NCBI GenBank assembly: GCA_030141605.1
Contig: JAQGDQ010000620.1
Span: 1 to 64,000 of the forward strand
Source: Tubiluchus corallicola
Lineage: Eukaryota > Animalia > Priapulida
Length of the DNA stretch: 64,000 nucleotides
Direction: 5' to 3'
Shown: in pieces, positions 1 to 9,700 of the stretch
Layout of the letters: every line of letters begins with the position of its first letter
Numbering within the stretch: the stretch's first letter is position 1
Notes under the pieces: generated by a model
The model's database searches: none
Told to the model about the DNA's origin: nothing
What the model saw: the letters and a program-made list of their open reading frames with translations, nothing else
Translations under genes and position numbers: made by a program

Positions 1-450
1 AAGTTTACGAAACTTCAGTACATTGCGTGGTAAGTCTGAGAGTGTTCTTACGAATAAAACAATTTCAAGCTTTGTGAATCTGCCACGGGACCACTTTCGA
101 AATCGAGTTATTTCAGCCTGGACTATGTCTGAATGAAAATTATTATAAAAAAATCATTATTAATATGCTACGACTTTCCAACATTAAAATCTAACATTAA
201 GAACAAAAATCGCGTGTTGATCGGGTTTGTTGACAAGAGTCCGAAGTATCTGCTCTGTTGTAGAAATGTGTTATCTAAAATTGTAAGAGTCGGCCAAGCA
301 GTGCCTCGAACCCATACAACTTGAAAAACTAGGTTCTTAAACCACCAGGCCGCAGTCTCATCATCGCCGAACACAGACAGCAAAAAGTTTTCAGTTTTGC
401 TGATAACATCGTCGATATTTTGACTATATCGTCGCAAACGGAACGGTTAC

Positions 451-581
451 CTTTCGTTAAACTCGTTCGTTTGCTGGATAATGGCCGCAGAGTCGAAGTG
501 ACCGGCTTGAACCAGCTCTTGACCTTCCTTGGTCAGCTTCTGGACCTTGTCCGCTTCACGATCCAAATCTTTCTCCAACAT
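451..581 (-). CDS. Internal exon of a spectrin-repeat protein (spectrin/beta-heavy-spectrin-like)
   Basis: Minus strand: pyrimidine-rich acceptor tcttctctttcag| then MLEKDLDREADKVQKLTKEGQELVQAGHFDSAAIIQQTNEFNER, then donor AG|gtaacc. The pattern (L..EG..LV..GHF....I......N.R) matches spectrin-repeat helices B-C. The paralogue cannot be determined. Confidence 0.75.
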
Positions 582-681
582 CTGAAAGAGAAGATAGTCA
601 GATAAAGAGAAAAACCCGATAAATTGAATCATCGCGATTCGTCACAAATTAAAAGCTGACAAACTAACATGTTAATAATTA

Positions 682-1390
682 ACTAGCAAAGGCCCCGCAA
701 AAAAATTTGCGTACAAATACACTTATTATCAATAATGTGCGAACATCCTACACAGTCCTCACTTATAACGCAAAGCCAGCAGCAGCAGTTGAATTAAAGT
801 TATAAGGTTATAAGCAGAGTACAATGGATGACGTCAGAACAATGGCTTTGCGTCAGCAGTTTTCCAAGCGAAAATTGCCGAAAATAGAACATCTAATTAA
901 CTCCTCGGCACTCCTCTTGGTGGACGTGTCCTAAGATATAGCCCACATCATCGTGTAGCCCTGTTCTTCCTCTTTCTAGAGCCGTATATCTCCTTCTGAG
1001 CACCAGGCGCCGCTAGAACGTTTTTTCCGCAGGTTGTTTGACCAAAATTTCGAAAAAAATCGCGAGTTGGGTCCGGGAAAATGCCCGTTACGGGACGCCG
1101 TGGCCCTCTCGCGAATTCCAAATATGCCCATGACACCCACCGCTGAACGGGCTATCTATCTATTTTTGACACTGCCCCCGGCATATTCCCGTTCTCTAGA
1201 AATAAGAAATAAGAGGTATAAGTTTTGCAATTTTTTGCAAAAAATGGCCGAAAAATGGCCATTTATGGGGCACGACACCAGATCGAGACCTTTCGTTTGA
1301 TATATAGATCACCACAAATGGTGCCGTCGTCCGAGTTGTAGCCTCGAATCGTATATACATATATATACCAGCAAAATTAATATATACAAT
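682..1390 (-). mobile_element. Non-autonomous Helitron-like element
   Basis: The minus strand ends with a short hairpin (cgcaaa-ttttt-ttgcg) followed by CTAG at ~683-686, the typical Helitron 3' end. Internal sequence is GC-richer and non-coding, with an AT-dinucleotide-rich opposite end near 1350-1390. The left boundary is firmer than the right. Confidence 0.5.
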
Positions 1391-1640
1391 ATTGACATAC
1401 CTGCCCAGAAAAAATGTTCTACATTCAACCCAAAGAAAATCGTGTCAATTTTTATTGCAAAGACCCTCAGACATTTAGCATTGTAATCTTCTTGGTCCTA
1501 CATGCCAAAATTTACTTGGAAATTGTATATCATGTCACTATGTTATTTACTATCGTAGCAACATGAACTATACTAGGTTAGCAGGTCTAAATAAAAATAA
1601 ATAAATAAATAAGTAAGAAAAAAAGGACTACTGCAAAAAC

Positions 1641-1925
1641 ATTAACTCCTTTAGGACCGTAAGCGTTTGCTGCATTTTGCATGGCTTCATGAAGCACTGC
1701 AGTGTTTGATCAGTATGATCACTTGTGTGAAATGGTCTAATGCAGAAGATTTCAACTGTCCAGACACAACATTCTGATAAACTTTGACCTCAACTCTGCT
1801 CTATTTTTAAGAAGAAATTCTTGTTACAAGATGAAATGACCTTGATTTCTCCTTGGCTGATCGGTTGGTTTTTCCTGGAACAGTAGCTGAACACTGCACA
1901 GCTTGAGCTGTAGCAAACAGGCGAT
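1641..1925 (+). mobile_element. Dispersed repeat family A, left copy (internally deleted)
   Basis: Begins ttaactcctttaggaccgt...tgcattttgcatggcttcatgaa, then joins the tgcagaagatttcaactgtcc...tttttcctggaa segment. Homologous to 6003-6215, 6333-6635 and the inverted copy at ~46155-46413. Confidence 0.7.
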
Positions 1926-3487
1926 CACTAAATTAATATGTACGATCACGCAAGTGTACACCAGACTAAGTTACTCAATAGGCTGAGTTGGAGTGCCTGA
2001 AAAGTCGGACACTGTCGGATTCCAACACTTGACGTTCTCCATCACTCTGGAAGCTGGAATAACGTGACTAAATGGTTATGCGAACTTCGTGGAATCTTGC
2101 GCAGTTACTCTTCCAAAGCTCAGCAAGGGGCAGAATCTTATATGGCCACTTCTACAATGCGTGTCAGGTGTACCGGAGTCGTAAGTGGTAAAGTACTCCA
2201 ATCCTAGTGGAGTGCAGTGGAGTCCTGACCCGTGGAACTCGTGAAACTATCACTGATACAACGTCTGGTCATCGCCTGGTTGTTTCTGCATCAGATCTCC
2301 TGAATTTCCGTTTACAGCAGTACGTCAAATAACGAATAATAGCCAGTTTATTGGTGTTTTCGCCTCACGGCTCGAACACCTAATCCTTTGGTGTGTCAGT
2401 GCCCTTTAATCACTTTCTGTCACCACAGTAATTAAGTCTTGACTTCGATTATTAATGAATGTTCGTCGGAAGCCATATTCGACGACTTCACTGGCTTAGC
2501 ACGTTCGACACACTGTGTTGAACCTGGTTTCAATTTCTAGAACAGGTAAAACTGGATGACCTTGTCCTTTAACATGACGGTTCATTGGCCAGATAGCCTG
2601 TTCAGCTGAGTGTATGACCAATCACTTACTTTCTTGTAAAGGAGATCTAGGACAGGTATGAGGTGGGACCCTTCCCAGAGCTAACTAGGTGCATGCTCAT
2701 ATATGTACAGTCACTACTTTATTGCAGTAGGTAAATTCGCTTAATGAGTAATTAACTAATGACTCATTCAATTAACATAAGTAATTAACTAAATTAAGCT
2801 ATTAATGCAGCCTAAGTATAGGATATACACAAAATCATACTAGAATACAAAGGCAACTATATTAAAAGGGGTTGCAATGCTGCTCAGTAGTTCTTATATT
2901 CCAGACTGACGTCACAGCAACCTATAGACTGGGTATATTTTTCTTGTACATATATAATTATTGCTAGCTCCATAATAATTATATTTTCATTTTGAGTACA
3001 ACTACATTAACAAGCCTTGAAAATATGTAATGGCCACCAATAGATAAAAATATAAACAAAATGAACCTAAAAGACTGTATCAAGAGTCCATGTTCAGAAT
3101 TAAATATACAGCAGCAATTTATCCAAGACGCCATGCTTTCCTATTTATATCTGATAACACGGCTTAGACAAATTGCGTCTTATTTGCCAAGATAAGTTGT
3201 ACGTTTTTTGGTCAACAGTTTGCTGTGATTAAGGTACAAAGGTCAGTCTTGATATCAAGAAAAACAATATGCACAAATTTTACTATCACACCTTGTGGAA
3301 TTATTATTTGCTAGAACGTTCTACTATCTGGTACAAGTTTACGTGCTTGAAAATAAAATAAAGCATAAGACCATTTTGTATGCTGTTTGTATGATATTTT
3401 TAATACACAATATAAATTAGCCACTTCGGTTTTTCTGCTACCTGACTAAAAGATTACAGTGTGAAGTGTTTTTGATTCATTGTTGAT

Positions 3488-5905
3488 ATGGAAAGAATCA
3501 AGGAACTTATTGACAGTGTGTCAGACGCCAATCAAAAATTGGAACTCAAGGCGTTACTAATTGGTTACCAACTTGCTCCTATATTTGGTGCAGATGGAAC
3601 AGAGTTGCTCAACGCGCTGCTACATTCTGCAACTTGCTTTAACATGCCTGAGCTTGTTCATGAACTTCTCAACAGAGGAGTAGAAATGGAAAGTCTAGCA
3701 CGAATCACTAAAAAACTAGATGATCCAGATTATGTAGAAGTAACCCCCCTTGAAATTGCATGTTGTTTGGGACATACTTTTCTTGCACAGCAACTCATTG
3801 AACGGGGTGCTGACATAAACTGTCTTTCTAGAAGCAGTAGACATTCACCTTTAATATTAGCAGTTGCAGCGGGACATACAGAAATTTGTGAATTGCTGTT
3901 GGTTTATGGAGCAGAAGTTAATGGCTTCCCAGAAACGTTTAAAGTACGACCTATACAGGATGCATCACTGCTAGGCCACGTTGAAGTAGTGAAGCTGTTA
4001 ATTAAATATGGCGCCAAAATTGATGAACATCCTTGCATTTCAGTTGATGGTGATCCGCCCCTCCATGCTGCAGCAATTCAAGGGCACTTTGAAATCCTTG
4101 TTTATCTGCTTCTCAAAGGTGCAAATGTCTTCTACCTTGACACAAGAGGTGATATCGCTCTGCATGCGGCAGCAATGGGAGGACATGTTCATTGTGCAGC
4201 ACTTCTGATTTTTGCGGGCTCTGACATTCTGGCAGAAAATAATAATGGTTGGACCCCACTTACCCTAGCATGTATGAGAGGTAGACTGGATGTTCTCAAA
4301 CTAATATATGAAAATATGCTAGAGAGGTATTCACCCGAACTAGTGAAACAGATAGTAAATAAACTTTACAATGGAGAAAGTTTAATTCATCTGGCTTGTC
4401 ATCTTGCTCACTTGTCACCTCAAAGTGTAGACGTTGTTAAATACCTCATTGATGTAGGAGTTCAGACCGAAATGTTAAATGACTTTCATGAAACGGCTTA
4501 TGACATGTGCATCCGACGAGCTTACGAAAAGGCATTGAACCGAAATTATAAACAAATTGCAGGACTTTTTCTTTCCTATCGGTACTTTCAAATGTGGCAA
4601 AAAGTGTCTTCAAAGCTTTCTGTCACAGGGGATGATGAAACTGTGTCAAAAAACATTTGTGGATTGCCTCTAAAGGACTTGGTTTCCGAGCCTGAATTAG
4701 GAACAATTTCAAATATAAAAGAATTTGACTATATTAGAAAAAATATAAAGGAATTGTTAGATGCTGTTAGCAGAATTTTTTACAAAAATCATCACATAAT
4801 ATTTGTGCCCATACTGGTTGGCAGTTCAGCTTGTGGAGTAAAGATTGGCCAGCCAGATGAGTTTGATTTTTTTGTTGTGGTACAATATGAAAAGCTGCAC
4901 GGAGATTTCACAGCAGATTTACGAAAATTAAAGGAGATGTTTCCCCAATCCCTGTGCAGAGCCGTGGCAACAGCTTTGCAAGAAGAGGAATTTAAAAAAA
5001 TAATTGTGCCAAACAGCTTTCCACATGTAGTGGAATGGAATAAAGTCTGTACATGTTTGAAATTATGTGTTCTGTTGCCAAACAAAAAAATAGCAGTCTC
5101 TGTAGATGTGACACCATGTGCTGAAAAAGAGGGAGTACCAAAGAATGCCAATGATAAATGGCCAGAGTTTGTCAACAGTTATCACTACGTGCTCAAACCA
5201 GTCGAATCAAAAACAAAAGTTGAACCCGCATTTGCTGTTGCTGAATGTGAATTTATAAAGAACTTAGACAACAGCCGTAAGATGGTGTTGATCCTCATAA
5301 AGGTGCTAGTAAAGCCTGTCCTGTATTCTTGCAACAAAGAAATACATTTATATCCCAATCATAAAGCTTCAGCATTCCACACCCTTTTGGTCAGTGCAGA
5401 TGTCAACTTGCCAGAATTATACAGAGCAATAAAGTATCAACCAGATAAGGTCATTGACTCTTACATGTTAAAAGTGGCCTTCTTGCACGAAGTGGTGACC
5501 ACTAAAGATGACTGGGGCACAGAAAACTTGAAAGCTCGAGCTGTCTCTATATTCCAGTACATTGGGGACTGTTGCCGAGAAGGCACAATGTTTCACCCAC
5601 TGCTAAATGATGTTAATATCTTAGAAGATCTAAAACATAAAGAAATGAGTGGCATTCCATTGTTAACATTGGCAGAAGACGCAGCACGTGCTATAGCCAA
5701 CAAATTAGATATTGATGCCATACCATCAAACAAAGGTCTAATGGAACCAGATTTTGAAAAGTACCATGTTCTGTTAAAAACACGTGCAGTAACTCAGGGG
5801 GAAGTAATATTGGAGGAGGCGGAAATTCGGAGTGTTGATTTGTATTTAAGAAACGTTTGGGATTGGATAGAAGAAAATGATAAGAAACAGCAAAGTGCAT
5901 CTTAG
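3488..5905 (+). CDS. Ankyrin-repeat + cGAS/Mab21-like nucleotidyltransferase fusion (ANK-cGLR), 805 aa, single coding exon
   Basis: About 8 full and 1 partial ankyrin repeats (e.g. TPLEIACCLGH..GADIN, SPLILAVAAGH..GAEVN, PPLHAAAIQGH, TPLTLACMRG). These are followed by Pol-beta/cGAS-family motifs: LVGSSACGVKIGQPDEFDFFV (GS at 4820-4825, DEFD at 4856-4867), third acid VSVDVTP (5105), AECEFIKNL, RKMVLILIK, SYMLKVAFLH (cf. cGAS SYHVKTAFFH) and CCREGTMFHPLLNDVNIL. Confidence 0.9.
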   Translation: MERIKELIDSVSDANQKLELKALLIGYQLAPIFGADGTELLNALLHSATCFNMPELVHELLNRGVEMESLARITKKLDDPDYVEVTPLEIACCLGHTFLAQQLIERGADINCLSRSSRHSPLILAVAAGHTEICELLLVYGAEVNGFPETFKVRPIQDASLLGHVEVVKLLIKYGAKIDEHPCISVDGDPPLHAAAIQGHFEILVYLLLKGANVFYLDTRGDIALHAAAMGGHVHCAALLIFAGSDILAENNNGWTPLTLACMRGRLDVLKLIYENMLERYSPELVKQIVNKLYNGESLIHLACHLAHLSPQSVDVVKYLIDVGVQTEMLNDFHETAYDMCIRRAYEKALNRNYKQIAGLFLSYRYFQMWQKVSSKLSVTGDDETVSKNICGLPLKDLVSEPELGTISNIKEFDYIRKNIKELLDAVSRIFYKNHHIIFVPILVGSSACGVKIGQPDEFDFFVVVQYEKLHGDFTADLRKLKEMFPQSLCRAVATALQEEEFKKIIVPNSFPHVVEWNKVCTCLKLCVLLPNKKIAVSVDVTPCAEKEGVPKNANDKWPEFVNSYHYVLKPVESKTKVEPAFAVAECEFIKNLDNSRKMVLILIKVLVKPVLYSCNKEIHLYPNHKASAFHTLLVSADVNLPELYRAIKYQPDKVIDSYMLKVAFLHEVVTTKDDWGTENLKARAVSIFQYIGDCCREGTMFHPLLNDVNILEDLKHKEMSGIPLLTLAEDAARAIANKLDIDAIPSNKGLMEPDFEKYHVLLKTRAVTQGEVILEEAEIRSVDLYLRNVWDWIEENDKKQQSAS

Positions 5906-6002
5906 AAATGCATTAGTCATTTGGCTAAATCTAGTCATCAGAAATCCAATGTTTTAATAAGTATTACACGAATTCCAAGCAAATATTTGTATTTGGGAAC
6001 TC

Positions 6003-6635
6003 AATGTACAGTATCACTTGTACGAAATCGGCTTATGCAGAAAATTTCAACTGTCCGGGCATAACACTCTGATAAACTTTGGCCTCAAGTATATTCTATT
6101 TTTAAGCAGAAATTCCTCTTGGAATTTGAGACGATCTTAATTTATCCTTGATTGATCGATTGGTTTTTCCTGGAAATCTGTACAGCAGACAGTTCTCTTG
6201 GGCTACAGCAAGCACGGTTCAATAAAATGCGGGTAAAAAGCTAAATGTGTTAGAATGTAGTAATATCAAGCCAATAAACTTGCTGTAAATGATTCTTCTA
6301 CAATGATAGATGCATTTAACACTTCAATTTCATTCCTTTAGGACCGTGGAATGTTTGCTGCATTTTGCATGGCTTCATGAAAAACTGCTCTCACCAAGCA
6401 GCGATTACATTATATTTGATAATTTTCGAAGGTTTCTACTCCTCACACAATGGATTTTCATACAAAATTATAAATGAAATACATTTGCTTACTTTAGACA
6501 AATTAAATATCCATTTTTGACAAAAAATTGAAAAACTTTCAGTAACTGTAGTGTTTACACTGTAACAATGTACAGTATCACTTGTGCGAAATCAGCTAAT
6601 GCAGAAAATTTCAAATCTGCAAACACAACATTCTC
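6003..6635 (+). mobile_element. Dispersed repeat family A, two tandem partial copies right of the ANK-cGLR gene
   Basis: 6003-6215 and 6333-6635 align by eye with 1641-1925 (tcctttaggaccgt; tgtacagtatcacttgt; gcagaaaatttcaa; ctgataaactttg; ggtttttcctggaa). Confidence 0.7.
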
Positions 6636-6715
6636 TCACATGTTTTTTCCTATAATCAATAACTATTATTATAACTATAATTTATAACTTATAAGTATTA
6701 TTTATCTATGTTTAG

Positions 6716-9700
6716 GTGCTTTATGTTGTCTGAAGTTGAAGCTTCCAGATGAAGCAGTTACCTGGTGTGATAGTGGACTGTCTATCAAACCCAATGAAGC
6801 CCAGTTAGTGGAGGTCAGACAAAAAGCTCTGAGCTTAATGGTATGTTGAGTATCACCAATACCTAAAGCATTTTGAATCTTTTACAAGTGATTTTGGTCA
6901 AGTTCTGTTTCTGTTTGTTTAGGAATGTTATCGCTGTTATGATACGATGGACGCCGTTTATAGGATTCACAGTTAATAGAATCGGTCGCTTGTTTCATTC
7001 AAAATTTTTGGTACGGATTGCTCCAGTAAGTCTTCACAATTCCAGCGATTGATGGTGATCGTGGAAAGGTCAAAGGTTAAGTGTACCAGACAACACATTT
7101 GTGTACACTTGACAACGCCTCACAGCCCATGCTATTGTAACAGTAACAGTTTTAACAGCTACTTAGAACCTTACCTAGTTCATTTTTCCTTGTTCCCAAG
7201 CAAGATCCTGCTAAATCACTCTACACACAAACCAATGCATAATTAAATAAATTCCACATAAAATAACTGAACTGCTATGTCACATGGCTTTGCTTTACAC
7301 ATGTCTTGCGGTGGTTGTAGTTAAGACGTGTTCCTGTCTTAACCTTTGACCTACAGCAACTGCGCGTGCGCACAATAAACCTTTGACATTTTCACGATCA
7401 TCATCAATCGCTGGAACTGTGAAAAGGCTTATTGGGTCAGATCACTTCCATCCTGAAGTGAGTCCATTAACTGGCACCTAGCATAATAATGAGGCATGGT
7501 AGGCCATGGTGAATAGTGATGTGTTTCTTGTGTGCAATTAGTTACTCAAGTTAAGCAATCTCACCATGAGTTACTTGAGCAAAAAGTACTTCAGTGACTT
7601 GCTAGGTCTATCCTGAAGGATTTGGTCCACAGCTCCTTATTTGAATATTCGGAGCACCCTGGCTCGTGAGCCAGGGGTCCCCCATCCGCCACTCGGTAGG
7701 GGTTTACTCAAGTTAAGCAATACTAAACATTATGAGTAAAAGAATGGGTGACCATTGTCAGACAGCACTATTAATCCAGTACCTCATTTTATGAGGTATG
7801 ATAATGATGACTAGGCTTCAGTCCTTCCAGCAACTGAAATTAAGCAATGCTAAACATTATGAGTAAAAGAATGGGTGAACGTTGTCTGACATCACTATCA
7901 ATCCACTATCTCACTTTATGAGGTAAGATAATGATGACTAGGTTTCAGTCCTTCCACAACCATCAACATTGAGTATGCTGAATCATAGGTTGCAGAATGA
8001 ACTGTTTGAATAATTGAGTGAATGAATGAATACAGTAACGTTTTGTTTCAATTGCTGATGTAGTTATTTGTTGCAGAAAGTATTAGAACGTGATAAAAGG
8101 AAAGAAATTGTGAAAAAGAGAAAGGAGAAGCGACACGAAGAGAGGTTAATTGCTGCTATCAAGGTAAAGTTGTAAATGATCATATTTAGTGAAAAACAGA
8201 ATGACTTTTTTACCCTACTTACTGTGAAGTACCTTAAAAATGTAAATTTTAATACCTATAATGTCAAAGTGTTTCTCATAATTAAATAAAAGCTTAGATA
8301 CTTGGTTAACGTCATGTGAGGTCACAATTGAAATTAAGGCGTAGGATGATTTTTCACACACTACCCCACTTTCAAGTCCAATCAAAAGTATACATTTTAA
8401 CACAATTAATACTGCAAAAGTGTATCTGATAATTAAATAATAAATTATATTCTTAATTAACGGCGGGCGAGCCCAATTTTTGACGGCATCACAAACTAAC
8501 ATAATTTTCAACAGCAAAAATATTCCGCGAGCGTGTTGCACGTGTTTGCGAAAGAGAAAATTGAAGTACAGTGCTACTGTAAGATATTCAGTGTGTTGTA
8601 CTAAAACTAGGCAAATTTTACGATAAAAATTCAAATTTCAAATTTACCACTGTGCTCATGCATGAGCTGTCAAATGTGTGTAGTTCATCACAAATTAACA
8701 CATCTGTTACTGAGAGGTATAGCACCTGTTTTTGTGCAACGCATTTCGAAAGGCACTAGTGCCTGTCTAACTAGCGAATGGTGATATGCATGTAGCAGCG
8801 AAGAACTAGTGAAATTGTATTTTCTTTTCACGTAAGTCATTTTTGAAAAAATAGTATGTTTCCTTTCAATATTTTAAAGAGTAGATTGTTCGGACCTACA
8901 ATTTAAGATTGGGCCGCTCCTATGCAAAACTGTATAAAAACTGTTGGCAATTGACTCTAATAACTCCGCATAATTGACTCTATATTTTTTCTGCATGTAC
9001 GTGAGTAAGATACATTTGTGTGACCAATGAGCTTTAACTATTTTTATGTCGTCTTACTTCGCTTTTGTGCACTATAATATACATAGAAACAAAGAAACAA
9101 TCACGTTAAGTACAGTTGTTACGCGCTGCTTGGTTACAATGATGTAATGATGTAAACGAAAAGACGCCAACTAGCGGTCAACTCGCGAAGCAACGGACTG
9201 TGTGGGACTTTCTACCACACAGGGATGAGAATTTTCCGTGGATACACAGAATTCCGAGTTTTTGGAAGACCAGTAGTGCCATTTTTGTAAATCGCGTGAA
9301 TTCGTTGAGAAAATTTTTACGGAGCCAGTACATTATTTCACAAGCTGACCACTAGTAGGCAGGCCGTCACTTTGTTTACATCACATACATCAGTGTAACC
9401 ACGTGTAGATCTCTATGTATAAAAATATAGAATCAGTTGTGCGGAGTTATTCGAGTCAATTGCAGACAGTTTTTTTATACTTTTGTATAGGACCGGCCAG
9501 TACTTAGGCATTTTTGAGACAATTAGGTATCATGTATCCTTGATAGTTGGGTATTTTAAATTATGCATGAAACAAGGTAATTGATATTTTAAGTCCACTT
9601 AGAGGCTCACTATGGTCACAAAATTGCAATTTGTTGCTGGCTGCAAGGGGGCTTTGCCCCTCAACCCCATTGGGGGACCTAGGTGGCCCCAAAACCCCCG

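Noticed and set aside
3488-5905. Bacterial CBASS CD-NTase or endosymbiont (Wolbachia-type) ankyrin gene by horizontal transfer or contamination
   Set aside because: The C-lobe motifs (SY.LK..FLH, C...G...HP....N) are of the animal Mab21/cGAS type, there are no operon partners, and the flanks are host repeats found elsewhere in the window. Not formally excluded without a phylogeny.
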